Source of the DNA: an uncultured Oligoflexia bacterium
GTDB taxonomy: Bacteria; Bdellovibrionota; UBA1018; UBA6935
DNA: 32,000 bases
Assembly (NCBI GenBank): GCA_964013565.1
Contig: CAXGWU010000008.1
Coordinates: forward strand, 30,950-62,949
Reading direction: 5' to 3'
Under the pieces are notes generated by a model that saw only the letters and a program-made list of their open reading frames with translations, was not told the origin of the DNA and made no database searches. A program made the translations under genes and the position numbers. Positions 8,810 through 19,012 of this stretch are shown here, piece after piece. Every line of letters starts with the position of its first letter. Within the stretch, counting starts at the first letter, position 1.

Positions 8810-9991
8810 ATGAACCATTCCGTTGTTTTTTTATCGGCTGTTAGAACTCCCTTTGGTGCATTTCAAGGAGCCTTATCTTCTCTTCCAGCACATCAGTTAG
8901 GGGCTCGTGCAATCGATGGAGCATTGAAACAAGCACAGCTTTCTCATGATGTCGTGAGTGAGGTGGTGATGGGATGTGTCCTTCAAGCCGGACAGGGGCA
9001 AGCCCCCGCTCGTCAAGCTGCCTTAGGAGCTGGACTTCCTCAGTCGGTTCCTGCAGTCACGATCAACAAGGTGTGTGGTTCAGGAATGAAATCGATCATG
9101 CTGGGAGCCCAATCCATTCTTTTGGGTGACAGTGATGTCGTAGTTGCTGGAGGAATGGAAAATATGAGTCAAGCTCCCTATCTTCTGACTCAAGCACGAG
9201 ATGGATTTCGTATGGGAAATCAAACAACTTTAGATTCAATGGTTCATGATGGATTGTGGGATCCGTACAATGATCAACATATGGGAAACTGTGGAGAACT
9301 CTGTGCTCGAGAGAATCAGTTTTCTCGAGAAGCTCAAGATCAATTTGCAATTGAAAGTTTTCAAAAAGCTCAAAAAGCACAGAATGAAGGTCTTTTTAAA
9401 AATGAAATGATTTCTGTAGAGGTTCCAGGACGGAAAGGTCCAACAGTAGTGGATATGGATGAAGGGCCGGCAAAAGTGAAGTTTGAAAAAATTCCAACGC
9501 TTCGACCTGCATTTCAAAAAGATGGAACCGTCACTGCAGCAAATGCATCTTCTTTAAATGATGGTGCTGCTGCTGTTGTTTTAGCAAGTGCAGAAAAGGC
9601 GAAAGCACTTGGAAAAAAACCCCTTGCTCGTCTTATTTCTTATGGAACACATGCTCAAGCACCAGAGTGGTTTACGACAGCTCCGGCAACGGCCATGAAA
9701 AATGCAATGGATAAAGCAGGGTGGAGTGTTTCTGATGTTGATCTCTTTGAAATTAATGAAGCCTTTGCAGTCGTTGCTTTAGCTGCGGAATCAGATCTTT
9801 CGATTCCAAGAGAAAAGATCAATGTTCATGGTGGTGCGATTTCAATTGGTCATCCTATTGGAGCGAGTGGAGCTCGAATCGTAGTCACTTTGATTCATGC
9901 GCTTCGAGCAAGAAATCTTAAAAAAGGGGTTGCTGGAATTTGTATTGGTGGTGGAGAAGCCACTGCTGTTTGTGTAGAAATAGAGGACTAA
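8810..9991 (+). CDS. atoB: Acetyl-CoA C-acetyltransferase (thiolase)
   Basis: Thiolase motifs: [46 protein letters not shown]. Confidence 0.94.
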   Translation: MNHSVVFLSAVRTPFGAFQGALSSLPAHQLGARAIDGALKQAQLSHDVVSEVVMGCVLQAGQGQAPARQAALGAGLPQSVPAVTINKVCGSGMKSIMLGAQSILLGDSDVVVAGGMENMSQAPYLLTQARDGFRMGNQTTLDSMVHDGLWDPYNDQHMGNCGELCARENQFSREAQDQFAIESFQKAQKAQNEGLFKNEMISVEVPGRKGPTVVDMDEGPAKVKFEKIPTLRPAFQKDGTVTAANASSLNDGAAAVVLASAEKAKALGKKPLARLISYGTHAQAPEWFTTAPATAMKNAMDKAGWSVSDVDLFEINEAFAVVALAAESDLSIPREKINVHGGAISIGHPIGASGARIVVTLIHALRARNLKKGVAGICIGGGEATAVCVEIED

Positions 9992-9992
9992 G

Positions 9993-10688
9993 ATGGCCAA
10001 TAAGAGAGTAAATAACGCAAGAGAAGCTGTTTCCGATATCTTCGATGGAGCAGTCCTGGCTGTTGGTGGATTTGGGCTTTGTGGAATTCCTGAAAACAGT
10101 ATTGCAGCACTTGTAGAACAAGGGGCGAAAAACCTTACTTGTATTTCAAATAACGCAGGTGTTGATGATTTTGGAATTGGTTTAATGCTTCAAAAGCGGC
10201 AGGTAAAAAAAATGATTTCTTCATATGTTGGAGAAAATAAACTTTTTGAAGAATTGATGCTTTCTGGTGAACTTGAAGTGGAATTGAATCCACAAGGAAC
10301 ACTAGCAGAAAGACTAAGAGCTGGAGGGGCCGGAATTCCTGCTTTTTTTACTCCTACCGGGGTTGGAACAAAGGTTTCTGAAGGAAAAGAAGTCAGAAAT
10401 TTTGATGGGCGAGACTATGTTTTAGAGCGAGCGCTGAAAGCAGATTTTGCTTTAGTGAAAGCATGGAAAGCAGATGAAAAAGGAAATTTGGTTTTTAGAA
10501 AAACAGCAAGGAACTTTAATCCACTTTGTGCAACTGCAGGTAAAGTCACCATTGTAGAAGTCGAAGAAATCGTTCCTGCAGGTGGTTTGGATCCAGATCA
10601 GATTCATCTTTCTGGAATTTATGTGGATCGGTTATTTGTTGGACCTTCTTATGAAAAAAGGATTGAAAAAAGGACGGTGAGAGCATGA
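9993..10688 (+). CDS. scoA: 3-oxoacid (succinyl-CoA:acetoacetate) CoA-transferase subunit A
   Basis: [60 protein letters not shown]. Confidence 0.93.
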   Translation: MANKRVNNAREAVSDIFDGAVLAVGGFGLCGIPENSIAALVEQGAKNLTCISNNAGVDDFGIGLMLQKRQVKKMISSYVGENKLFEELMLSGELEVELNPQGTLAERLRAGGAGIPAFFTPTGVGTKVSEGKEVRNFDGRDYVLERALKADFALVKAWKADEKGNLVFRKTARNFNPLCATAGKVTIVEVEEIVPAGGLDPDQIHLSGIYVDRLFVGPSYEKRIEKRTVRA

Positions 10689-11311
10689 GTCTTTCTCGAG
10701 ATGGCATTGCAAAAAGAATAGCTCAAGAGTTGGAAGATGGCTTCTATGTCAATTTAGGAATCGGAATACCTACATTGGTTGCAAACTATATTCCCGAAGG
10801 AATGGATGTGACCCTGCAAAGTGAAAATGGGCTTCTTGGAATCGGTCCTTTTCCAACAGAAGATCAAGTCGATCCTGATTTAATTAACGCTGGAAAAGAA
10901 ACCATTACGACTGTTCCTGGTTCTGTCTTTTTTTCAAGTGCTGAATCATTTGCAATGATTCGAGGAGGACATGTTGATTTGACTGTTCTTGGTGCAATGG
11001 AAGTTTCTGAGTCTGGAGATATTGCAAACTGGATGATTCCTGGAAAAGTAGTCAAAGGAATGGGGGGAGCAATGGATCTAGTTGCTGGAGCAAAAAGAGT
11101 CATCGTCGCCATGGCTCATTGTTCAAAATCTGGAAAGAGCAAAATTTTAAAAGAATGCACGCTTCCTCTTACTGGTAGAGGTGTCGTGGATCATATTGTC
11201 ACTGATCTTGCAGTCTTTGATGTAGTTCCTGGTGGACTAAAGCTCGTAGAGTGTGCTCCCGGAGTAGAAGAATCTTATGTGAGGTCAGTGACTGAGGCAA
11301 CTATTCTCTAA
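10685..11311 (+). CDS. scoB: 3-oxoacid CoA-transferase subunit B
   Basis: Catalytic Glu region [42 protein letters not shown]; 4-nt ATGA overlap with scoA. Confidence 0.94.
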   Translation: MSLSRDGIAKRIAQELEDGFYVNLGIGIPTLVANYIPEGMDVTLQSENGLLGIGPFPTEDQVDPDLINAGKETITTVPGSVFFSSAESFAMIRGGHVDLTVLGAMEVSESGDIANWMIPGKVVKGMGGAMDLVAGAKRVIVAMAHCSKSGKSKILKECTLPLTGRGVVDHIVTDLAVFDVVPGGLKLVECAPGVEESYVRSVTEATIL

Positions 11312-12353
11312 AAGGAGTCCATGTTTCTACGGGTTCTTTTTTATGATGAATCGTTTTAATTTGCAGTAGATCATGTTTGATTTTTGAAAGCGGATTTTTA
11401 ACACTATATCCCTCGATGGATTCGATTTGAGTGGGAATGGGTGGTGCAGTCTCGTTGGGTGTGAATATTCTTTTTAGGAAGGCTTGTATTCGATGAGGAG
11501 TCGTTTTTGTTTCTACGACAGAATGGATTCCTGTTTGAATGACTGGAAGAGGGAGATATTGAGAAAACTCAAACCATTTTCTTTTTTGTTCTGCTTTTCT
11601 AAATGCTCCCCTTAATTCGGTATAAGAATTTTTTCCTAAAAATAAAGAGGTGAGATGGACAGGAATACGAGCTGTTTCTATTTTTTCTCTTTCAGAGAAA
11701 AGATGAAACTCAGGTAATAAAATCATCGGAAAAATTCCTGCTAATTTAAGATAGACTCGGTCTACATTCCAGCTCTGAAAGGAAGGATATCCATGTTCTT
11801 GGTGAACTGAATTGATCCAAGCAAGACTGAGTGAAACAAGAGAGAGAATGACATGGGTTTTTCCATAGCTAAGGCGAGGAATGGTATTTTCGTCTTCTAA
11901 GTCTAATTCTAAAGTGGGTTTAAGTTTCTCTATAATTCCTTCAATGGTAAAAAGTCCCATTTTTAAATCACGTTTTTTTGATCGAGGAACTTCTTGAGAG
12001 TTTTCTAAGGTTTGTAGTTGATGAAAAACTTTTTTGAATTCAATAAGAAGTTGTCGTTGAAAAGGCGCAAATGCAGGACCTAGTGATGTTTTAAAAGCCT
12101 GATCGAGTCTTCCGTCTTTTATAAAATGACTGATCATAGAAGCCCATAGATCAAATCGAATCGAGCTTTTTGGATGAGCTGTGTTTTTATAACGATCGGT
12201 CATTTTTTCCATTCGCAACAGGATTTCTCTTCTTTCAGTTTCATTAACGAGTTCTGGAAAGCTCATTTCAAAGACACTTTCACACGCAGGTCCATGTGCG
12301 TAACTTTTGTGAAGAGATATCGATAGGATGAGAGAAATAAAAAAAATCTTCAT
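11301..12353 (-). CDS. Putative secreted protein, unknown function
   Basis: 350 aa with signal peptide [21 protein letters not shown]; ATGA-type overlap with the next gene; 11-nt tail-to-tail overlap with scoB. Confidence 0.65.
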   Translation of the reverse strand: MKIFFISLILSISLHKSYAHGPACESVFEMSFPELVNETERREILLRMEKMTDRYKNTAHPKSSIRFDLWASMISHFIKDGRLDQAFKTSLGPAFAPFQRQLLIEFKKVFHQLQTLENSQEVPRSKKRDLKMGLFTIEGIIEKLKPTLELDLEDENTIPRLSYGKTHVILSLVSLSLAWINSVHQEHGYPSFQSWNVDRVYLKLAGIFPMILLPEFHLFSEREKIETARIPVHLTSLFLGKNSYTELRGAFRKAEQKRKWFEFSQYLPLPVIQTGIHSVVETKTTPHRIQAFLKRIFTPNETAPPIPTQIESIEGYSVKNPLSKIKHDLLQIKTIHHKKEPVETWTPFRE

Positions 12354-13543
12354 TGAATATCTCCATATTTTAAAATTAGATGAGATTTTTTAACGGCTTG
12401 ATTGATCTTTTGAGAGGGCTTAAATAACCACTCATACGCTCGTTGTGATAAGGGTTCATCATTTGAGGGAATCCATTTTTTTGGAATTGCATTTTTAATT
12501 TGGAGACGACTAATAAATTGAGGAGTAAATAATTTAGGATTTAAATCTCCTGTGAAGAATGAGTAATGTTGTTTACCTTCATGACGAAAGATTGCAAGTC
12601 GAAGCATCAGTCGAAGTTGATCTTGTTCAGAGAGTTTGTTTTTTTCTGAATCTAAGACTTCAAACCACTCTAAAAAAAGATCAATTTGAGTAAGTAGAGT
12701 ACTCATTTCTTTCAGAGTAAAATAGTCTTTTCTTATGTTTCCATAGAAAAAGTTGAGGTTATTATTGTGTAAAAAGTCATGTTCTAAATTTTCTGATGGT
12801 CGAGCAAGGGTTCCATCGACTTGTTTTGTTGTGCTTTCTACAGCGTTCACGTTTAATAACGTAGGAGTCATATGATAAAAATCGACCCAGGAAATGTTTT
12901 GACGAATGATTGGGATTTGAAGAAAGGGAAAGTTTTCTATTATTCGTTCTTTTTTTCTTATCTTTTTATCTTTATAAAATCCAAAAATATATCGAATTTC
13001 AGGATGATTCAATCGATAGTTTCTTGCACTTTCGTTTTCAAAATGAATTAAAAAGTCTGATAGATGGGTATAAAACTCTGAAAGAGTATGAATTAAAAAA
13101 TAAGTAATCTTTTTTTCTTCTTTTATTCTAAAAATCCATTGATGCGTTTGATCTTCAATATCCTCAATATCATTTAAAATTTGTAGTTTTATTTTATCTT
13201 TCTGATTTGCTTTAAAAAAAACTTTTAACTCATTGAGTTTAGATAATGCTTGTTTGAGAGCAGAATCAATTTTTTTTATTTTATCTTTCCATTCTAAGAC
13301 AAGTACGTGAGGAATGGTGTTTTGATCCAGTTCATTTGTAATAAATCTTTGAACCATTCGTTTCCAAATTTCAATGTGAGTTTTCTGTGATGATGGAGAT
13401 AAGGTTTTCATCGATTGAGTCACTGTTTCTAGTTTCTCAAGGAGGTGTGATTGTGAAGCCTGTTGATACAAGGAGGCGCACGTCTGGGAGTGAGAGTAAG
13501 CACTCACAGAGAAAAGAAAAATAAAAATAAGAAGACCACGCAT
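12350..13543 (-). CDS. Putative secreted protein, unknown function
   Basis: 397 aa with signal peptide MRGLLIFIFLFSVSAYSHSQ; 4-nt overlap with the downstream secreted-protein gene. Confidence 0.65.
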   Translation of the reverse strand: MRGLLIFIFLFSVSAYSHSQTCASLYQQASQSHLLEKLETVTQSMKTLSPSSQKTHIEIWKRMVQRFITNELDQNTIPHVLVLEWKDKIKKIDSALKQALSKLNELKVFFKANQKDKIKLQILNDIEDIEDQTHQWIFRIKEEKKITYFLIHTLSEFYTHLSDFLIHFENESARNYRLNHPEIRYIFGFYKDKKIRKKERIIENFPFLQIPIIRQNISWVDFYHMTPTLLNVNAVESTTKQVDGTLARPSENLEHDFLHNNNLNFFYGNIRKDYFTLKEMSTLLTQIDLFLEWFEVLDSEKNKLSEQDQLRLMLRLAIFRHEGKQHYSFFTGDLNPKLFTPQFISRLQIKNAIPKKWIPSNDEPLSQRAYEWLFKPSQKINQAVKKSHLILKYGDIQ

Positions 13544-13778
13544 ATTTAATCCTTAAATAACGCGCCATTTATAACATACTTGTTTTGAATCATAAAATAG
13601 GGGTGTTGTTTTTATTTTCTTTAAATAACAAAAGGTTATGTTTTTATTCTCCCGGATTCAGGTCTAGTAGTTGTATAGATCGATCTTGAATCGAGTATAG
13701 GGTTAATTAAATATCCTTATTTCTAATTTTTGAGGGCATTTAATTATAGGGATAAAACATTTTTCCCGAAAAGCAGAT

Positions 13779-14495
13779 GTGGTTTTTTATCTTTCTTTTT
13801 TCATCTTTTTGATCGTGGGTGAGCCGCTTCAAGCGGATTCGTTGAACTGTCTTTTGCTACCCGGAGAAAACGAAATTTCTCAGGAACTCTTAAGCAGTTT
13901 TGATGAGCCTTATTTTAAGGGCGTTCTTATGCCTGATCCTGAAAACTTGGTCAAAGAGTGGGGAGAGGTTTTTGGAGCTTCTCGTGTTTCTGAAGTTCAT
14001 CGGTTAGGATCTGGTGGAATGGGTGGAGATGTCTACCGAGTTCGAGTGAGTACCTCAAATCACGCTGATCAAGAAATCGTTTTAAAAAAATATTATGCAA
14101 ATACAGATGCTCAGGCGGATTTTACATCGATGAAGCTATTGAGTGACTTTGATGACTCTCACTTAAAAATTGCAAAGGTAGAGTGGTATAATCGAGAGGA
14201 ATCAATCGTAGAAATTCAGAATATTCAAGGGTGGGAGCTTAGATCTATTCTAAAAAATAAAAGAATATCTGAAAAAGCAAAAAAACGAATATTTACTCAA
14301 TATACTCTCAGTATGAATCTGCTTGATCAGTTTTTGAAAAAAAAAGGCTTTAAAAAAGTTGCGGTCATTCAAAAAAATGGTCTTTACTCTTGGATTCGAA
14401 CCAGTGGAGGGAAGGTTGAAGAAATTGTGATTCACCCTGGACAAGTGATCGTAGATCCTCAGACTTTAAAAATCACCATTATTGACCCCAGTTGA
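13779..14495 (+). CDS. Signal-peptide-bearing kinase-like (probable pseudokinase) protein
   Basis: N-terminal hydrophobic signal MVFYLSFFIFLIVGEPLQADS; glycine loop HRLGSGGMGGDVYRVRV; EIVLKKYY lysine; IHPGQVIVDPQTLKITIIDPS resembles an HPGN...DPxTxKITLID metal-binding region. Confidence 0.6.
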   Translation: MVFYLSFFIFLIVGEPLQADSLNCLLLPGENEISQELLSSFDEPYFKGVLMPDPENLVKEWGEVFGASRVSEVHRLGSGGMGGDVYRVRVSTSNHADQEIVLKKYYANTDAQADFTSMKLLSDFDDSHLKIAKVEWYNREESIVEIQNIQGWELRSILKNKRISEKAKKRIFTQYTLSMNLLDQFLKKKGFKKVAVIQKNGLYSWIRTSGGKVEEIVIHPGQVIVDPQTLKITIIDPS

Positions 14496-14542
14496 TTCAG
14501 TTTCAATTTTGCAATTAGAGCAATTATTGATAGCTTTGAAAT

Positions 14543-16342
14543 ATGAAATCAAAATACCTTCTAGTTGGAATGAGTCTTTTAGTGGGATGTCAGACGGGGA
14601 AACCTCTTTACAGAGAAACTAAAGCGAAAAAAGAACATTTAAAATTTATCAAACAGCTGAGCTCCGATCCTAAGGTGGATTTTGATCGGAGTAAAATTTT
14701 GCCAGTGGTAGGAACCCGGGGAATGGTTGCTGTTGATAGTCGAGAAGCGGCGCTCTGGGGTGCGGAAATTTTAAGAAGAGGCGGAAATGCGATCGATGCA
14801 GCTGTCGCTACTGGATGGATGATGGCTGTAACAAGACCACAGCATGGAACTATTGGAGGAGGGGGATTTATGATTTATTGTCCTGCTTCTTTTAAAAAAG
14901 GAAAGTGTCGAGCTTTGAATTTTAGAGAAAAAGCTCCACAAAAAGCGCATCGGAATGTCTATGTGGTTGATGGAAAACCAAGAACAGATCTCTCTCAGAA
15001 TCATCCAATGGCTTCCGGAGTACCTGGAATCGTTGACGGGTACTTTTATGCCTTAAAAAAATGGGGAACTCGATCCCATTCGGAATTGATGAAAAAACCC
15101 ATTGAAGTCGCAGAAAACGGTTTTGTATTTACGGGTGAACTTGAAAGTTCCGCCTTAGATCGATGGTCTTCGATGAATCCTGAAGCAAAGAAAATTTTTG
15201 GATGTAATCACGGAAAAGTTTCATCAAAGCCCTGTCGTCCAGGTAAAAAAGTGATTCAAAAAGACTTATCTCGAGTTTTAAAAACAATTTCTCAAAAAGG
15301 AAGAAAGGGTTTTTATGAGGGATGGGTTGCTCAAAAAATCGTAAAAGGACTTCGGAGAAAAGGCGGGATGATGTCTTTAAAGGACTTGCAGTCTTACCGT
15401 TCAGTTGAGATGGATCCGATTCAAGGAGATTATTTAGGGTATCAAATTTTTTCAATGCCTCCTCCATCTGCCGGTGGTGCAATGATTGCTCAAATGTTTC
15501 AGTATGTGAAACATGCGGATGAAAATAAGGCATTTGAGAACGGAGATCTTTCCTCTCAGACGGTGCACGCTCTTAGTCATGCCATGAATTTATCTTTTGC
15601 AGATCGTGCTGTACATTTTGGAGATCCGGATTTTTATCCGGTTCCTTTAAAAAAGTTAATGGATCCGGCTTATCTGAAAGAAAGATGGGAATCGACATAT
15701 CATCCAAATTCAGCTTATTTTCCACAAGCAGGTGGGATCCATGTCAGTGAAGGACAGCACACGACTCACTTTGCTGTGATTGATAAAAAAGGAAATGCAG
15801 TGAGCATTACCATCACTCAAAACAATAACTATGGATCAGGGTTTGTTCCTCCCGGAACGGGAATTGTAATGAATAATGAAATGGATGATTTTAGTATTCA
15901 ACCAGGAACCCCCAATCTCTTCGGTTTGGTCGGATCGGAAGCAAATGCAGTCGCTCCAGAAAAAAGACCTCTGAGTTCGATGTCTCCAACGATTGTTACC
16001 GACTCTCAAGGGCGTCCTCGAATTGCTCTGGGAGCAGCAGGAGGACCCACGATTACCACTTCTGTGTTTTTAACATTGGTTCGAAGAATGAGACTTGGAC
16101 TCACTCTGCCTGATGCAATGATGGCAACTCGTTTTCATCAACAGTGGAAGCCTAAAACTCTTTTTGTTGAAAGAAATGGATTCTCAGATGAGACTTTAGG
16201 TCGACTTCAACAGATTGGGTATTCTCTTCGTGAGAAAGGTCACATTGCTCGGATGCATGCCATTGAAAGATATCCAGACGGAACTCTTTGGGGAGTCTCA
16301 GATCGTCGTTCAGAAGGAGCAGCGGTTCCTGAGCCGTTATGA
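14543..16342 (+). CDS. ggt: Gamma-glutamyltransferase, predicted lipoprotein
   Basis: RGMVAVDSREAALWGAEILRRGGNAIDAAVAT, GTIGGGGFMIY, autoprocessing Thr region GQHTTHFAVIDKKGNAVSITITQNNNYGSGF, lipobox LLVGC. Confidence 0.93.
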   Translation: MKSKYLLVGMSLLVGCQTGKPLYRETKAKKEHLKFIKQLSSDPKVDFDRSKILPVVGTRGMVAVDSREAALWGAEILRRGGNAIDAAVATGWMMAVTRPQHGTIGGGGFMIYCPASFKKGKCRALNFREKAPQKAHRNVYVVDGKPRTDLSQNHPMASGVPGIVDGYFYALKKWGTRSHSELMKKPIEVAENGFVFTGELESSALDRWSSMNPEAKKIFGCNHGKVSSKPCRPGKKVIQKDLSRVLKTISQKGRKGFYEGWVAQKIVKGLRRKGGMMSLKDLQSYRSVEMDPIQGDYLGYQIFSMPPPSAGGAMIAQMFQYVKHADENKAFENGDLSSQTVHALSHAMNLSFADRAVHFGDPDFYPVPLKKLMDPAYLKERWESTYHPNSAYFPQAGGIHVSEGQHTTHFAVIDKKGNAVSITITQNNNYGSGFVPPGTGIVMNNEMDDFSIQPGTPNLFGLVGSEANAVAPEKRPLSSMSPTIVTDSQGRPRIALGAAGGPTITTSVFLTLVRRMRLGLTLPDAMMATRFHQQWKPKTLFVERNGFSDETLGRLQQIGYSLREKGHIARMHAIERYPDGTLWGVSDRRSEGAAVPEPL

Positions 16343-17596
16343 GCCGTTTTGAACTCCTTCGGGGGAGGCTTCTACTGTCGCAGTTTCATTTCCAATGAGT
16401 CGCGCAACACCATTGAGTCGAATCAGATAACCAGTCACTAAGTTCATTTCAGCAGGATAATCAACTGAATATTCTGTTGTTTTTCCTAAGTAAGTCCATC
16501 CGTTGGTTGCACTGGGTGGAACAATAAATGTACCGTCTGCAGTGTGCTTTAAAACTCGAATCGAATCTACTTGAGGAGGGTAATCGATTTTTAAGATCAC
16601 TCGTCTCATTTTAAGGATTTGATCAGTTAAGTGTCCTCTCATATCGTCTAGAACTGCGTTAATCGGGGTAGAGCAAACATCGTAACTTCTTCCGTTAAAG
16701 TGGGATGACATTTGAATGTATCGATTACCTCTTCTTGAATTTGAACCAAGGCAATTACTTTGTGTATTGGCTGCAACCGCTGAATAAAATCGAAGCTTGT
16801 TTGAGTCCCCTTTGTTCTTTGCAAACTGAGTTGTGTAATACTCAAAAGAAGAAGCTGAAGTGCAGTCTTCAGCGCTACATCCATCATACGGAACTTGTTC
16901 ACAGGGAGCCATCGGTCCTCCAGGAACTCCTGGATATTGAGGACAGAGAGTCACTCCTGAAGTATCTTCTCCATTACTGACAGCAAGGACAACGGTCAAA
17001 GCATCTTGCCTTAACATTCGGTAAATTGCGCTTCCGGAATTCAGTCCAGCATCAGTGGTGTAAGGAGGACGTTGAGAATGGAGACCTCTTCGAATCATTT
17101 CAAGTCCTGGCTCTTGAGCTCCAGCAGCATAATTAATATCCCCTGAATTTAAAAAATGAGAATAGTTTGATGCCGTTCTAAAATAAGTGGGGTTAACTCG
17201 AGTGTAGTTACCGTTTACAAATCCAAAAGGGTCTGCGCCTGGAAAAGGAGGGATCCATCCACCAATGGTGGTCCAGTTCCCATCATACCGTGAAGCAGCG
17301 ATCTGAGTAATTGATCGTTCTTGAGTGAGTTTGACTGTTGCAAAACGATAGTCCCACTTCTCGGCATCTAAGCTTTGTAAAAATCCTCGTACTTGAGTGT
17401 CGATTTCTCCATAAGCACTCGTGATTGATCCAGAGTCATCCGTAGCTAAGATGACATCGACTTTTGGGGGAACAGCAAGGAGGCCCGCAGCGGATTGTTC
17501 GTTTTCTCCAATTCCAACTCGAATTGCTTCTTGTCCACATCCAGATAAAAAAATAATCAATGTGAGCACACTAAAAAACTTGTTTGAATTCTTCAT
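16337..17596 (-). CDS. von Willebrand factor A-like domain lipoprotein
   Basis: Lipobox IIFLSGC; MIDAS-like DVILATDDSGSI (DxSxS); GAGGA GAAGA-type ribosome-binding site just upstream. Confidence 0.75.
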   Translation of the reverse strand: MKNSNKFFSVLTLIIFLSGCGQEAIRVGIGENEQSAAGLLAVPPKVDVILATDDSGSITSAYGEIDTQVRGFLQSLDAEKWDYRFATVKLTQERSITQIAASRYDGNWTTIGGWIPPFPGADPFGFVNGNYTRVNPTYFRTASNYSHFLNSGDINYAAGAQEPGLEMIRRGLHSQRPPYTTDAGLNSGSAIYRMLRQDALTVVLAVSNGEDTSGVTLCPQYPGVPGGPMAPCEQVPYDGCSAEDCTSASSFEYYTTQFAKNKGDSNKLRFYSAVAANTQSNCLGSNSRRGNRYIQMSSHFNGRSYDVCSTPINAVLDDMRGHLTDQILKMRRVILKIDYPPQVDSIRVLKHTADGTFIVPPSATNGWTYLGKTTEYSVDYPAEMNLVTGYLIRLNGVARLIGNETATVEASPEGVQNGS

Positions 17597-17815
17597 TCAC
17601 TTCTTCCTCGGTAAACCACTTTCACAGGGGGCTCTGAGAATAAGAGAGCCTCATGAGAGATATCGCAAAAGGAGTGCCAATCGTGACACAGGGGGGGGAG
17701 AATGAAATTCAACTATTTCAATAAGTTAAAATGTTTGTTGAGAAACAAAAACAAAGGGAGTGAGAGAGAATCTCACAAGTGTCAATAAGTTTGTCACTCT
17801 AAGAAAACCGTTGAT

Positions 17816-19012
17816 GTGAATCTTTTGACGAATGAGGAGCAAAAATTAAAGAGAAATATTCTGGATTCCGAACAGCTCTATGAGATGAAAGTATTGGATT
17901 CATTCAAATCACTGTTAGGAAAGTTTAAAAAGGAAAAGTCTGAAGACTCTACAGACGCTCCTGTATCTAAAAAACAAAAAATAAAAAAGGTTTTTTGGGT
18001 GACTGGAAGTTTTGTGGTAGCGATTACTTCTGGGGTTTTTGTTTATTCAATGTTCTCTAAAACTCCTCCTACCGTTTCTTCTGAAGAGCATGATGAGCTT
18101 TTAGTAGATCATCGCGGGGATCATTCAAGAGACCTTGCTTCTCATAAAGAACAGCACCCCACTTTAATGGGGCGTTTTGCGAATGCCTTTCTTTCTATTC
18201 AGTCCAAAGTGAATATGATGCAAACAGCTTTGGAAGAAAATCGTAAACTTCAAATTGAGAATATGAACCTGAGACGTTGGGCAGAGGGGATGCGATACGA
18301 GTGTACGGCACAGACCTCTGAAAGTGAAACTCATCGGTTAGGAACTCGTTTGAATCATGAGACAGGGATGAGAATTGGGAGAGCAATTGCGAGTATTCCT
18401 TATACAGCTCCAGGTCATTTATTACCTGAACAGCTTCAAACGTTAGCAGTTTCTTATTTTAAAGCTTCAGAGTTTGAAAAATCTGCAGTGATTTTTTCAT
18501 TTTTAACGGGGATGGACGAAAACGACGACTTTAAAACGACTAAAGAGTTTGTGATGACTGCTGTTTCTTGGTATCGGTTAGATAATTTTAAAATAGCTGA
18601 CTATTATCTAGAACAAGCGTTAAAAACAGAGACTACAAAAGAAAATTTAAAATATAAAGCTCATGCTCGTTTGTGGAAAGCACTCGTCATGGAGAAGCTC
18701 GATGATCATGAACAATCTCAGTTTTGGTTAAGAGAGTTGATTGATTATCATCCAAGATCGGTTGAGTCTTCTTGGGTCAATTCCTTTGCGTCTGGAAAAC
18801 GATCTCCTGCAAGTCATTCAGAATCTAAGAAAGAAGAGCATTCAAAAGATGCACATCCGTCAGAGGAGAAAAAAATAGTCACTGAAGAGCGGCATATGGA
18901 GCCTGACTCTCATCATAGTCACCAAGAAAAGATGAACACTCATTCTTCACATGAAGTGAAGGAGAGTTCAAATTCACACCACGGAGAAGGTCATGAAAGT
19001 GCTCATCACTAA
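17816..19012 (+). CDS. Single-pass membrane protein with coiled coil, TPR-like region and His-rich C-terminus
   Basis: Cytoplasmic Lys-rich N-terminus, TM segment VFWVTGSFVVAITSGVFVYSMF, coiled coil, helical repeat-like region; 13 His in the last 59 residues. Confidence 0.7.
   Translation: MNLLTNEEQKLKRNILDSEQLYEMKVLDSFKSLLGKFKKEKSEDSTDAPVSKKQKIKKVFWVTGSFVVAITSGVFVYSMFSKTPPTVSSEEHDELLVDHRGDHSRDLASHKEQHPTLMGRFANAFLSIQSKVNMMQTALEENRKLQIENMNLRRWAEGMRYECTAQTSESETHRLGTRLNHETGMRIGRAIASIPYTAPGHLLPEQLQTLAVSYFKASEFEKSAVIFSFLTGMDENDDFKTTKEFVMTAVSWYRLDNFKIADYYLEQALKTETTKENLKYKAHARLWKALVMEKLDDHEQSQFWLRELIDYHPRSVESSWVNSFASGKRSPASHSESKKEEHSKDAHPSEEKKIVTEERHMEPDSHHSHQEKMNTHSSHEVKESSNSHHGEGHESAHH

Noticed and set aside
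9096-9517. Two overlapping minus-strand ORFs (94 and 93 aa)
   Set aside because: Antisense shadows of the thiolase gene.
15129-15533. 134 aa minus-strand ORF
   Set aside because: Lies within ggt on the opposite strand with no recognisable domain.
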